Source: a virus
Taxonomy: Duplodnaviria; Caudoviricetes
Length of the DNA: 64,000 nt
Reading direction: 5' to 3' (one strand)
IMG/VR virus record: IMGVR_UViG_3300022601_000013
In this document: piece by piece, positions 1 to 10,337 of the stretch
Layout of the letters: each line of letters opens with the position of its first letter
How positions within the stretch are numbered: the first letter of the stretch is position 1
Made by a program: the position numbers and the translations under genes
The notes under the pieces: model-generated
Database searches by the model: none
What the model was told of the DNA's origin: nothing
Seen by the model: only the letters and a program-made list of their open reading frames with translations

Positions 1-28
1 ATAAAAGCAAAAATAGGGAGGTGTTTAT

Positions 29-1261
29 ATGGCAAGAGCAGCAGGCAGAGTGGCTAAGACAGCCCCAGAACCTAAATTTTTATGTCACTACTGTAATAAA
101 GAAAAGAAAAAATCTGAGTTTTACACCTCTACAGACACAAGAGTTTTAACTGGAATTACAAGATGTTGTAAAGAGTGTGCAAGAAAAATAGCATGTAATT
201 ATAATTCGTACACAAACGTATATGGTGCAGCCACAAAAGACAGTGTAATTGAAGCTTTGGAAGTTTTAGATAAACCATTTTTTCAAGATCTGTTTGATTC
301 AAGTTATTCTGAATGGTCTGACAGTTCAAGCCAAAAAACCTCAACATCTGTGTGGGACACGTACATAAAAAACGTAGCAATGCGACAATATCGTGGATTG
401 AGATTCAAAGATGGTGATATTTTTGAAAAGTTTGTAGAAGATGCAAAAAAAGCTGCCTGTTTAGAAATACAAAAACAAAATTCTGATTTTGTAACTAACA
501 GTCAAGAAACTGAAAACGAATTTGCAAAAAATAAAAAAGATTCTATTCGTTTATTAGGATATGATCCGTTTGCTAATGAGCCTATAGAAGACCAACCATT
601 GCTATATTCTCAGCTTATAGGATATTTAGATCTTGGTGGAGATGGTAATGAGGATATGATGAGAACATCATCGGCAATTACTATTGTTCGTGGCTTTTTA
701 CAGCAAGCGAAAATTGATGATAAAATTACAAAAGCTATGATGAATACAAACTCAAGTTCTGCAGAATTAAAACAATTGCTTGAATCAAAGCAAAAAATTA
801 GTTCTACTATATCTCAGCTTGCAGAACAAAGTTGTTTAAGTTTAAAACACAACAAGAACGCAAGCAAAGGTGAAAACACATGGACTGGAAAAATAAAAAA
901 AATTAAAGAACTTGATTTACGAGATGGTGAGGTTAATGGTTTTGATATAGGAACTTGTCGTGGAATGCAACAAGTGCTTGAAATTAGTGATGCATCTATT
1001 ATGAAACAGTTAAGACTTGATGAGTCTGAATGGTCTGATATGGTTGCAGAACAAAGAAGTATGATAGTAAATCTTCAAAAAGAAAGAGATATTTATAAAG
1101 AAATAAATAGGCTTATTTTAAGAGAAAATCTTGACTTAAGAGATACTCTTGACGAAAACGGGTTGATGGATTTAGAAAATTTAATAAACCTAAAAGAGTT
1201 GTTTTCCCCGTTTGGTGAAATTAATGTCATAAGCGAGGATGATGAAGATGGCAACGAGTAA
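29..1261 (+). CDS. putative terminase small subunit / packaging-associated protein with N-terminal Zn finger
   Basis: CxxC...CCKEC N-terminus; GGGAGG RBS; overlaps the TerL start; role inferred from position only. Confidence 0.5.
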   Translation: MARAAGRVAKTAPEPKFLCHYCNKEKKKSEFYTSTDTRVLTGITRCCKECARKIACNYNSYTNVYGAATKDSVIEALEVLDKPFFQDLFDSSYSEWSDSSSQKTSTSVWDTYIKNVAMRQYRGLRFKDGDIFEKFVEDAKKAACLEIQKQNSDFVTNSQETENEFAKNKKDSIRLLGYDPFANEPIEDQPLLYSQLIGYLDLGGDGNEDMMRTSSAITIVRGFLQQAKIDDKITKAMMNTNSSSAELKQLLESKQKISSTISQLAEQSCLSLKHNKNASKGENTWTGKIKKIKELDLRDGEVNGFDIGTCRGMQQVLEISDASIMKQLRLDESEWSDMVAEQRSMIVNLQKERDIYKEINRLILRENLDLRDTLDENGLMDLENLINLKELFSPFGEINVISEDDEDGNE

Positions 1262-1841
1262 TATTAGTTTTAAAATAATAGAATCTATCAACAATGATGA
1301 ACTGATGAGGTTTTTTGAAAATGATAATTTTGTATATGTAAAGCCTTGTGTATATTCAATGTCTAACAGAAAGTTAGATAGTTTGAAAAATATTGCGAGT
1401 ATTCAAAAATACTATCAGTGTAATCCAGTTAGATTTATTGAGGATTTTTTTAATATAACATTGCTTGATGCTCAAGCTTATGTTGTTTCAAGAGCGTGGA
1501 ACTGTCCAAACGTTCTTGTGTTGGCAAGCAGAGCTTTTGGTAAAAGTACTGTAATAGATTTAATGTTGATGGCAAAAGATATGTTGTTTTGTAATATATG
1601 GAGTTATATTGCAAGCGGCTCTGGTAGTCAGGCTGAACAAACATTTCTTACACTCGAAAAGCTTGCTAATGATAATATTGACGAAATGAGAAACTCAACT
1701 GGTTATATTTTTAAAAACGAAGTTGAAATTAATAATGCAGCTGGAGACGGATTTAGTCATGGCAATAATGGCTTCAAGTATAGTTTATACAATGGATCTT
1801 TTACGCAGACTTTGAACAGTAATATAGATAAAAAAAGAGGT
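1239..1841 (+). CDS. terL: terminase large subunit, exon 1
   Basis: Walker A-like ASRAFGKS; ends ...NSNIDKKRG at the predicted 5' splice site (U1841). Confidence 0.88.
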
Positions 1842-3138
1842 TGTTCTTGTGTTAACGTGTAGTTAACATTTTTTTATTATTCAATTATTTTTAAAGGAGA
1901 ACGAATAATGATTAAAAACAAAAGATACAGTTCAGAAGAACTGGAGTATATTAAAAGTAATTTTGCAAATATGACGTGTAAAGAAATTGGAGAGAAGTTA
2001 GGAAGAACGGAACAATCTGTTCGAGCAAAATGTTTTGATTTAAACTTGCATAAAAAAGAATCTCCATGGACAGAAGAAGAAATTGATTTTATTAAACAAA
2101 AGTATATGGAAATGAAAACATCTGATATATGCAAAATTCTACAAAGAAGCAAAAGTGCAATAGAACTTAAAGCATCAAGATTAGGATTAAAAAAATATCC
2201 TTATACGTGTGATTATAACTATTTTGACAATATTGATACAGAAGATAAGGCGTACTGGTTAGGCTTTTTATCTGCAGACGGATGGACAAGCAAAAATGAG
2301 AAATCAAATGCAGGAGCAACAGGAATTGATCTTCAGTATAGTGATATTAATCATTTGAAAAAATTTAACAAATGCATTAATGGTAATTACAAAATTACTG
2401 ACAAGTGGAGAGAGTGTAATATATCTACAAAAGATAAAACTAAAAAACATCATATTTGTAGTATTAGAATTTTTTCATTAACTATGCATGAATCCTTAGT
2501 AAACAAAGGGTTTACGAAAAACAAAAGTTATGAATTTAAAATACCTGAAATGGATAAAAGTTTAATTAGACATTATATTCGTGGGTATTTTGATGGAGAT
2601 GGATGCTTTACATTTACTAATAAAACATTCCATATTAGTTTCATAACTGCATCAAAGTTTTTGAATGATGATATTGTCAACATATTAAAATCACAAGGTT
2701 TAAATGTTGCTGAAGAAAGCTATGTTAATAGTTGTAATACAGTAATGTATAGACCTGTTATATATCGAATTGATGATAAAATTAAATTTCTTGATTGGAT
2801 ATATGAAGATTGTAAAACTTATTTGGATAGAAAATACAAAAAATATTTAAAAGTCAAAAATACATATAATACGCAGAGCCTCGCCGTTTAGAAATAAACG
2901 GAAAAAGAGTAAAGTGCTGAAGAAATCGGGAAAGCTGGAATGCCAATCCGAATGGAAGGCTGTGTTTAAAAGCACAGTCACATGCAGAGCATAGAGATTG
3001 AAACTGTTTATCAGAATATAATATCTCCACGAGTCAGCACCACCTAAACGCAAAGACGTAGGTGAAAAGGTATGCCGAGCTTACAAGAATGATAATTGTA
3101 AGAACTATTGGATAAAAAGCCAGTAGGTTAACATAATG
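1842..3138 (+). ncRNA. group I self-splicing intron in terL
   Basis: Exon ends in U and intron ends in G. IGS ACGCAGAGCCUC (2871-2882) pairs with 5' exon GAGGU and 3' exon UGCGU. P2 2884-2901; P3 GTGCTGA 2914-2920/TCAGCAC 3034-3040; P7 GCATA 2989-2993/TATGC 3071-3075. Splicing restores in-frame KRG|MRGNVIFDE. Confidence 0.9.
1908..2891 (+). CDS. intron-encoded LAGLIDADG homing endonuclease with two N-terminal HTH repeats
   Basis: Motifs YWLGFLSADG and YIRGYFDGDG; repeats YSSEELEYIK... and WTEEEIDFIK... Confidence 0.9.
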   Translation: MIKNKRYSSEELEYIKSNFANMTCKEIGEKLGRTEQSVRAKCFDLNLHKKESPWTEEEIDFIKQKYMEMKTSDICKILQRSKSAIELKASRLGLKKYPYTCDYNYFDNIDTEDKAYWLGFLSADGWTSKNEKSNAGATGIDLQYSDINHLKKFNKCINGNYKITDKWRECNISTKDKTKKHHICSIRIFSLTMHESLVNKGFTKNKSYEFKIPEMDKSLIRHYIRGYFDGDGCFTFTNKTFHISFITASKFLNDDIVNILKSQGLNVAEESYVNSCNTVMYRPVIYRIDDKIKFLDWIYEDCKTYLDRKYKKYLKVKNTYNTQSLAV

Positions 3139-4608
3139 ATGCGTGGAAACGTAATTTTTGATGAATGTGGATTTTTATCTGAAGAAATGCTTGAAGTTTA
3201 TGGTGCATTTGCGGCAGTAAACAAAGGGTTTGTGTCTGGTAAAGATCGTAATGGTAAGATGATTGATACTGTTAGACTTAGAACTTTTGCAACTAACATT
3301 CCAAACCAAAAATTTTATATTAGTTCTGCATCAAGTACTGATACTAAGTATTACAAATTGTACAGGGAATTTGCAAAAAAACAACTAATGGGAGATAGGG
3401 ATTATTGTGTTGTTCAGGTTAGTTGTGATATTGTTCTTAGACCTACAATTCATGGAGAAGTTGTAAATGCATTGTTAAAAAAGGGAGATATAGAAACAGC
3501 ACTGAAAACAAATCCAGAGAAGGCTCGTAGAGAATATTTTTGTGAATTTACAACAGACGCTGGTCTTCAATCAATCATTAGGCGTGGTGTTATAGCGAGA
3601 AACAGCGAAACAAGAGTGCCTTTATTATATAATGACACAAATGATAAAAAATTTGTATTATGCTATGACCCAGCTCGTAGCAGAGATAATAGTATAATTA
3701 CTGTTATGGAAATATATGAAGATGATGAAGATGGCTATAAAGGTAGAATTGTTAATTGTGTAAATATGATTGATATTAGTAATAAAAGAAAAGCCCCAAT
3801 GCAAACTCCAGACCAAGTAGATTACTTAAGACAAATGATTCTTGATTATAATGGTGATGCATTAGGGTACTCTAACATTGAAGCTATATACATAGATGCT
3901 GGTGCTGGTGGTTCTGGTAAGGTAATTGCCGACATGCTTATGCAAGATTGGACAGACTCGAAAGGAAAAACACATCGTGGTGTTATTGATAAAGAGACTG
4001 ACAAACAGCTCGGCACTGGATATTCCAGTAAATATCCAAACGCTGTTGACAAGGTTAGGCTTTTAGAGCCAACAAAATATAAATCTATAATATATGAATG
4101 TGCGATTGAAATGAGTAACAATAATTTGATTAGTTTTACTTCTGATTATGACAACAAAGGATACATAACATTGTTTGTTGATGATGACAAGGAAACATTA
4201 AAGTTGAAAAAATCTATAGAGGAAAGACTTAAAAAAGAAAAGATTTCCGATGATGAGCTTAAGATGAGAGTTGATGAAGAATTAAAAAAATCTTCTGTTG
4301 TTAAAACTAAAACTGTTAAATTAGACCCATATCAAGAAATTGCACTGGCTAACATAGATGCTCTTAAAGAAGAGCTTGTAAACATGAGAAGAATTAAAAG
4401 AGACTCTGGTAAAGATTCATTTGAATTAATTCCAGAAAAAGCAAATAAGTTACACGACGATAGAGCATATACTTTTTGTTTATGTGCTTTTCATTTGTCG
4501 GAAAAAAGAATGTCTAAAATTCGTAACAAAAAGAAGCCATCGTCTTCTAACTTAATTGACAAACTTCCAGTTACAGCTGGAAAACAACTAAATAAACTTT
4601 TTGGGTAA
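3139..4608 (+). CDS. terL: terminase large subunit, exon 2 (Walker B + nuclease domain)
   Basis: VIFDE Walker B, ISSA coupling motif, YDPA and HDDR nuclease acidic motifs. Confidence 0.9.
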   Translation: MRGNVIFDECGFLSEEMLEVYGAFAAVNKGFVSGKDRNGKMIDTVRLRTFATNIPNQKFYISSASSTDTKYYKLYREFAKKQLMGDRDYCVVQVSCDIVLRPTIHGEVVNALLKKGDIETALKTNPEKARREYFCEFTTDAGLQSIIRRGVIARNSETRVPLLYNDTNDKKFVLCYDPARSRDNSIITVMEIYEDDEDGYKGRIVNCVNMIDISNKRKAPMQTPDQVDYLRQMILDYNGDALGYSNIEAIYIDAGAGGSGKVIADMLMQDWTDSKGKTHRGVIDKETDKQLGTGYSSKYPNAVDKVRLLEPTKYKSIIYECAIEMSNNNLISFTSDYDNKGYITLFVDDDKETLKLKKSIEERLKKEKISDDELKMRVDEELKKSSVVKTKTVKLDPYQEIALANIDALKEELVNMRRIKRDSGKDSFELIPEKANKLHDDRAYTFCLCAFHLSEKRMSKIRNKKKPSSSNLIDKLPVTAGKQLNKLFG

Positions 4609-4622
4609 ATGGAGGTGAACGT

Positions 4623-6146
4623 ATGTCTAATAAAAAAAATCTTACAGAGAATGAAAGAATAGCTGTGCTATCAAGAGAAGAAAGAAACAGGGTTGCTTTT
4701 GCTTCTGTTGCAAACTCATTAGCATTAATTGATTTAACAAAAAACAAAAGCTTAACTTATAGCACTTTTTCACGAGATAATCTGAGAACCTATTTGAAAA
4801 ATCCTGCTTCTGAAACAAACCAAAAAAATCTAAGAAAATTAAGTAATTTTTTGTATAGCGTATCACACGTTTACCGAAGACTAATTAATTTTAAAGCATA
4901 TCAGGTGACTTGTAAATCTTGGACTGTTTATCCAGATATTCCGTTAGTTGAACAACCAGACCAAAATACTATATTGCAGAATTATGAAAAGGTAATTAGA
5001 TATGTTCGCAATATGGATTTAAAAAGTCAGATTTTAAAATGTATGTTGCAGCTTTGGAAAAATGATATTGTGTATGGCTTTTGTTATGGAGACCCAGAAA
5101 AAGATGGAGAGTTTTTTATTCATCTTTTAGACCCAGACTATTGTAAAATATCAAGCCAACAATATTATAGAGGTGTAATAAATTATGCATTTGATTTTAG
5201 CTTTTTCTCAGGGGACAATGCGTATTATTTAGATATATATGACCCTATCTTTAAACAAATGTATAACAAATATCAAAATGATAGTAGTCTTAGATGGCAA
5301 GAGCTTCCAGTTGAAAATACATTTTGTCTAAAAATAAATATTGATAATATGAGCTATCCAATACCACCTTTAAGTGGTTTGTTTGACTCGTTAATAAACC
5401 TTGCTGATTTGCAGGCAGTTCAGGACTTAAAAGATGAATTAGAAGCTTATAAGTTGGTTTGGGCCAAAATTGACAGTATATCTGGCACAAAGGATGTTAA
5501 TGATTTTGAAATTGACCTCGACCTTGCAAACGCATTTTATCAAAAACTTCAAAGTGTATTCCCAGACAATGTTGCAGTAGCAATGTCACCAATGGATCTT
5601 GAGACAATTGATTTTCAGGGTAATAATGCAAATGACGTTAATATATTATCTGAGGCATACGAAAATATTATTAATGCAAATGGTGGTATTGTTTTAAATC
5701 ATAATAAAATTACCAATAGTGCAAGTTTTAAACTGGCATTATTATTTGACTCTTTAGATGCTGTTGCACCTGTTGAACAAATTAACGCATGGATAAACTT
5801 GTGGATTAAAAACCATTTGGGAGATACTGGGATGGTAGTTGAATACAGTGATACATCACCATTTTTTATTGATGATAAAATTGATGAATTGTTAAAACTT
5901 TCACAGTATTCAATTCCAGTTAAAATGGAATTATCATCATTGGCTAATGCTAATCCAATTAAAGAACGTGGTATGTCATTCATTGAAAATGCTCTTGGTA
6001 TTACAACAACATCTTGGAATAAACCGCTTGTTTCAAGTAACGTTCAAAGTGGATTGACTGAAAATGGTGACGGTTCTGAGGGTGCTCCTACAAAAGACGA
6101 AGGAGATCTTAGTGACGAAGGTCAAAGCACAAGGGATAAAAAATAA
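4623..6146 (+). CDS. portal protein
   Basis: 507 aa directly after TerL; acidic C-terminal tail GAPTKDEGDLSDEG typical of SPbeta-like portals. Confidence 0.8.
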   Translation: MSNKKNLTENERIAVLSREERNRVAFASVANSLALIDLTKNKSLTYSTFSRDNLRTYLKNPASETNQKNLRKLSNFLYSVSHVYRRLINFKAYQVTCKSWTVYPDIPLVEQPDQNTILQNYEKVIRYVRNMDLKSQILKCMLQLWKNDIVYGFCYGDPEKDGEFFIHLLDPDYCKISSQQYYRGVINYAFDFSFFSGDNAYYLDIYDPIFKQMYNKYQNDSSLRWQELPVENTFCLKINIDNMSYPIPPLSGLFDSLINLADLQAVQDLKDELEAYKLVWAKIDSISGTKDVNDFEIDLDLANAFYQKLQSVFPDNVAVAMSPMDLETIDFQGNNANDVNILSEAYENIINANGGIVLNHNKITNSASFKLALLFDSLDAVAPVEQINAWINLWIKNHLGDTGMVVEYSDTSPFFIDDKIDELLKLSQYSIPVKMELSSLANANPIKERGMSFIENALGITTTSWNKPLVSSNVQSGLTENGDGSEGAPTKDEGDLSDEGQSTRDKK

Positions 6147-6160
6147 AAGGTGGTAGTGAT

Positions 6161-6346
6161 ATGGATTCAAAAAAATTTATTTTAGTGCAGGATAAAAATG
6201 CTGCAATGGCATTAACAAAAATGGGATTTAAGTCTATACCATCTGGAGATAATACTTTTGTTTTTATTAATGATGGAGAAATTAAAGTTAACTTTGATTT
6301 GATTGATAAGTCAAAAATTTATTACTCAAATAAAATTAACATATAA
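6161..6346 (+). CDS. small hypothetical protein
   Basis: AAGGTGG RBS; lies between portal and protease. Confidence 0.6.
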   Translation: MDSKKFILVQDKNAAMALTKMGFKSIPSGDNTFVFINDGEIKVNFDLIDKSKIYYSNKINI

Positions 6347-6401
6347 CCTCCTCTTTTTAGGAGTTTATATATATACCTTTAAAGAAAGGAGGACGACTTA
6401 A

Positions 6402-8000
6402 ATGTTTCGAAAGTTTTATACTGTTGACGATCTTTATAAATTTTGTAAAGAAAATAAATATGAGCATTTTAGCTCAATGAAACAAGGAGCACCATTAATT
6501 GTTCAGTCTATTGGTTCATTTGAAGCTACTGATAGTATATCTGACGGTTTAATGCCAGTAAAGCTTAAATCATGCCATACTGGAAAAAATCGCAATCAAT
6601 CTGGAATTTCTGATGAAACTATGAATTTATATAAAAATTCTTTTCAAGGTAGACCAATTCTTGGAGCAATTTATAAAACTGACACTGGTGAATATGAATT
6701 TCGTGGTCACGACATGGAGTTTGTAGAAGATGGTGATAATATAGATGTTAATTATATTGAACAACCAATAGGTGTAATTTCTCAAACCGTAGAACCATAT
6801 CTTGAGTTTGATGAGAATGAAAAGAAAAATTTTTTAATGGTTGAAGGCACTATCTTTACAGACTATTCTAAGGCCGCAGAAATTCTTAATAGGCGTAAAA
6901 CTTGTAAGTGTTCAGTAGAGATTGCTGTAGAGGAAATGAGTTACAATTGTGACGAAGATTATCTTTCTATTGACAAGTTCCATTTTATAGGTGTGACAAT
7001 ACTTGGATATCAACAAGATGGAGTTACAGAAATACAAGAGGGAATGGCTGGTAGTAAGATAACTATTGAGGATTTTAGTGCACAACATAATAGTATGTTT
7101 TCAGAAGCATACCAAGAAAAATTAATTGAAACATTAGATAAATTAAATACTACATTATCTAATTTAAGCACAGATACACAGAAAGGAGGAAGTGAAATGA
7201 ATAAGTTAGAAGAACTTATGGCGAAGTATAATATTACTGTAGAAGATATAACATTTGAAACCGAAGGTCTTTCTGATGAAGAACTTGAAGCAAAGTTTGC
7301 CGAAGTGTTTGGCGAACAATCTACAAGTGATGATGGTGCTGGTGAAAACCCTGATGGCGACGGCGGTGAGGGTAGCACTGGTGAATTAGAAGGCGAAGGA
7401 GAAGGCGAAAAGTTTAGTAAAACTTTTTCTGTTCAGATTTCTCACGAAGATATAGCTTACGCTTTATATAATTTGATTGCAAAATATGAAGAAGAAGATA
7501 ATGACTATTATTATATCAAGAATGTATATGACAATTATTTTTATATGCAAGGCTGGTACAATAATAAGATTTATAAAGTCGATTACTCTATTGACGGGCA
7601 GAATGTAGCTCTTAGTGGAGAAAGACAGGAGATGTTTGAGCTTATTGTTTCAGAAAGTGAAAAACTTTCTATTGAAAAAATGAGAGAGGAATACGACGCT
7701 CTTAAGGAATTTAAAGATAGTTATGATGCTGAACAACTTAATGCAGCCAAAGAAGCTGTATTAAATAGCGACGAGTACGCTGTTATTTCTGAAACTGAAG
7801 AGTTTAACGAACTTGTTTCTCAGGCTTGCAACTTCTCTGTTGACGAACTTAAGATTAAGGCAGATTTAATTTTTGCAGCAATTGCTAAAAAACAGTTTGT
7901 TGTTGGTGGCGAAAAGAAAAATCACTCTGTATCAATAAATCTTAATGCAGTTTCTTCTGATGATGATAATAAACCTTATGGTGACTTATTTGATTCTTAA
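6402..8000 (+). CDS. prohead protease/scaffold protein
   Basis: CHTGKNRN, RGHD and CSVEI protease-like N-domain; acidic coiled C-terminal half; position before capsid genes. Confidence 0.75.
   Translation: MFRKFYTVDDLYKFCKENKYEHFSSMKQGAPLIVQSIGSFEATDSISDGLMPVKLKSCHTGKNRNQSGISDETMNLYKNSFQGRPILGAIYKTDTGEYEFRGHDMEFVEDGDNIDVNYIEQPIGVISQTVEPYLEFDENEKKNFLMVEGTIFTDYSKAAEILNRRKTCKCSVEIAVEEMSYNCDEDYLSIDKFHFIGVTILGYQQDGVTEIQEGMAGSKITIEDFSAQHNSMFSEAYQEKLIETLDKLNTTLSNLSTDTQKGGSEMNKLEELMAKYNITVEDITFETEGLSDEELEAKFAEVFGEQSTSDDGAGENPDGDGGEGSTGELEGEGEGEKFSKTFSVQISHEDIAYALYNLIAKYEEEDNDYYYIKNVYDNYFYMQGWYNNKIYKVDYSIDGQNVALSGERQEMFELIVSESEKLSIEKMREEYDALKEFKDSYDAEQLNAAKEAVLNSDEYAVISETEEFNELVSQACNFSVDELKIKADLIFAAIAKKQFVVGGEKKNHSVSINLNAVSSDDDNKPYGDLFDS
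7197..8000 (+). CDS. nested in-frame scaffold protein (internal start)
   Basis: Strong internal RBS AAAGGAGG (7182-7189) ahead of in-frame ATG 7197 at the domain boundary. Confidence 0.55.
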   Translation: MNKLEELMAKYNITVEDITFETEGLSDEELEAKFAEVFGEQSTSDDGAGENPDGDGGEGSTGELEGEGEGEKFSKTFSVQISHEDIAYALYNLIAKYEEEDNDYYYIKNVYDNYFYMQGWYNNKIYKVDYSIDGQNVALSGERQEMFELIVSESEKLSIEKMREEYDALKEFKDSYDAEQLNAAKEAVLNSDEYAVISETEEFNELVSQACNFSVDELKIKADLIFAAIAKKQFVVGGEKKNHSVSINLNAVSSDDDNKPYGDLFDS

Positions 8001-8008
8001 TAATATTT

Positions 8009-8024
8009 ACAAAACAAAATTAAT
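8009..8024 (+). repeat. 16-bp dispersed repeat copy (ACAAAACAAAATTAAT)
   Basis: 15/16 match to ACAATACAAAATTAAT. Confidence 0.6.
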
Positions 8025-8092
8025 TTAACAAATTCAGTATTTAATTAATACTGTTTTAAAATTACTTAAAAAATAGAAAGGATGAAATTATT

Positions 8093-8620
8093 ATGGCAAA
8101 TGTTTTTGATAATATTCAAGCTCAGAAGCATGTTGTTTGCGAATCAAGTCTTCTCAAGGCTACAATCGCAGGTCACATGTATAATCTGAAGATGATTGGC
8201 GACACAGACAATGGTTCTATTGTTGCTCGTGGAGATTGGGATTCTTCTACTCCTGATGGACAGGTATTTAACGCAAAGGAATATGCAGAGGGTGACGCAC
8301 CACTTCTTGTACTTACTCCACCTATTGGGTATAACTCTGACAGAAAGTATTACACAGATGAACAGTATTTCTATAATGCCGCTGGTGAAATTGCAAGAGC
8401 ATATGAAATTTACGAAGGTGACATTTACACTGTATCAGAGAGTGCAATTACAAAGCTTGGAACAGAAATTGTTATTAACAATTATGTAACTGTAGAGGAT
8501 GGTCTTTACGCTGAAACTGACTCTAAGCCAGCTTCTGGTTTTGTTGGTCAGATTATTGACAAGGTTAATTATACAAACTCTGTTTCTTACAGAATTCTTG
8601 TAGTAAGCACAGGTGTTTAA
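8093..8620 (+). CDS. capsid decoration / head stabilising protein
   Basis: 175 aa between scaffold and MCP; highly biased codon usage. Confidence 0.6.
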   Translation: MANVFDNIQAQKHVVCESSLLKATIAGHMYNLKMIGDTDNGSIVARGDWDSSTPDGQVFNAKEYAEGDAPLLVLTPPIGYNSDRKYYTDEQYFYNAAGEIARAYEIYEGDIYTVSESAITKLGTEIVINNYVTVEDGLYAETDSKPASGFVGQIIDKVNYTNSVSYRILVVSTGV

Positions 8621-8638
8621 TTTTAGGAAAGGAGATGG

Positions 8639-9733
8639 ATGAATATGAATAAATTTATGAATTTTAGTGAAAATGTTAGAAAAGCATTTAATGATAGCGA
8701 AGATAATTATATGAATTTTAACAAGCTTATGCTTGATTACACTAAGGGCGAGCTTGAAGGCGTAACTGCTAAACAGGCTAACGATAAAATTGTTCAGAAA
8801 TTTAGAGCAGTTCTTGGTCTTGGTGAAAAGCCAACAAGACATGAAGTTCGTAAAGCACTTCGTAAACATCAGTTAGCTGTTTATGAACTCATTGAAGAGA
8901 CTATTGACGGCATTCTTGTTACAGGCTGGAATGAAAATCCTTTCTTTAACGAATGGGTTGATGTAAGAAATCTTGCCGCAGGCGATAAGAACGAATTCTA
9001 TGTATCAGATAGTTCTGTGCTTTCAGTTATGAAGATTTCTGGAAACCACCACGACATTATTCGTCAAAGAGTTGGTGCTGGTTCAACAGAATCAGTAGAT
9101 ACTTCATGGATTGGTCTTAAGGTATATGCAGAGTTCGAAAGACTTCTTATGAATCTTGAAACTTTTGCTGACCTTGTTGCAAAAATTCAGAAGGCAATTG
9201 ATGCATATGTAAATGAAACTATTTATGGTTCACTTATTACTATGGGTGCTACACTTGGTACACAGTGGTATAAAACAGGTGCTATCACTGATGCAACAAA
9301 GAAAGATTTTGATAAGCTTATTATGGACGTAGGTATTGCTTCAGATTCAGAAGTTGTTGTTATGGGTACAAGAGCAGCACTTGCATCTGTTTATGACCTT
9401 AATAACGTTGAATGGGCTTCAGAAGATGTTAAGAATGAAAAGTATCTTACTGGTAGATTTGGTTACTACAATGGTACTCGCATTGTAGAGCTTAAACAGG
9501 GCTTTAAGAAGAATGATACAACTCAGTATCTCATCAGCAATACTATGCTGTTCGTTATGCCTGTTGGTATTGAACCTATGATTAAGCTTGTATATGAGGG
9601 CGATACTCAGATGTATAACATTCAGGATGCTGGAACAAATATGGATATGACATACAGTTCAGAAGTTCAGACTAAACTTGGTGTTGGTGTTGTTACTAAC
9701 AGAAAGTTTGGTATGTGGGATACAACTATTTAA
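8639..9733 (+). CDS. major capsid protein
   Basis: 364 aa; position; strongly biased codons; beta-rich C-terminus compatible with HK97 fold. Confidence 0.85.
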   Translation: MNMNKFMNFSENVRKAFNDSEDNYMNFNKLMLDYTKGELEGVTAKQANDKIVQKFRAVLGLGEKPTRHEVRKALRKHQLAVYELIEETIDGILVTGWNENPFFNEWVDVRNLAAGDKNEFYVSDSSVLSVMKISGNHHDIIRQRVGAGSTESVDTSWIGLKVYAEFERLLMNLETFADLVAKIQKAIDAYVNETIYGSLITMGATLGTQWYKTGAITDATKKDFDKLIMDVGIASDSEVVVMGTRAALASVYDLNNVEWASEDVKNEKYLTGRFGYYNGTRIVELKQGFKKNDTTQYLISNTMLFVMPVGIEPMIKLVYEGDTQMYNIQDAGTNMDMTYSSEVQTKLGVGVVTNRKFGMWDTTI

Positions 9734-9768
9734 TTAAATAATAATTTGAGTAAAAGGAGATTTTAATT

Positions 9769-10320
9769 ATGGCAACTAAAAAGACAACTGCGAAGAAAGA
9801 AAATATTGAAGAAAATGTAACTGATATTACACCAGAAGTTACTCCAAACACACCTACTGTAAAAGAAAAGAGAAAGTTTGCTCTTGATGATATGATTATG
9901 TGTAGATCTGTATGTTATGGGGAACTTTTATATCCTGCAATCAAGTCAGGACTTGTGTATAGATTTGAGGGATATGGAGACAGAAGTGAAATTGAGTTCA
10001 GAGATCTACAGGCACTTAGATCGACAAGATCGGATTATTTATTTAGACCTTGTTTTATTATTGAGGATGAGGAATTGCTTGAACAATGGCCAGATTTAAA
10101 ACAGGTTACAGAAAAGGTTGCTGAAATTGATGGAGAGTCTTTATTTAACCTTCCAGCCAATCAGTTTAAAAAAGCATTAAAAGAGCTTCCTGTTGGCTTT
10201 AAGGCTACAGTTAGAAATATGGCTAACTCCAAGATTAATGATGGAACTCTTGATAGTTTGGCAAAGATTAAAATTCTTGATGAGGTGCTTGGTACTGATT
10301 TAAGACTTCTTATTGATTAA
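9769..10320 (+). CDS. head-associated hypothetical protein
   Basis: AAGGAG RBS; follows MCP. Confidence 0.6.
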   Translation: MATKKTTAKKENIEENVTDITPEVTPNTPTVKEKRKFALDDMIMCRSVCYGELLYPAIKSGLVYRFEGYGDRSEIEFRDLQALRSTRSDYLFRPCFIIEDEELLEQWPDLKQVTEKVAEIDGESLFNLPANQFKKALKELPVGFKATVRNMANSKINDGTLDSLAKIKILDEVLGTDLRLLID

Positions 10321-10337
10321 TATGGAGGTGAGCTTGT

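Noticed and set aside
1239-4608. terL as a pseudogene or two separate genes
   Set aside because: Group I intron core and precise splice junctions restore one reading frame
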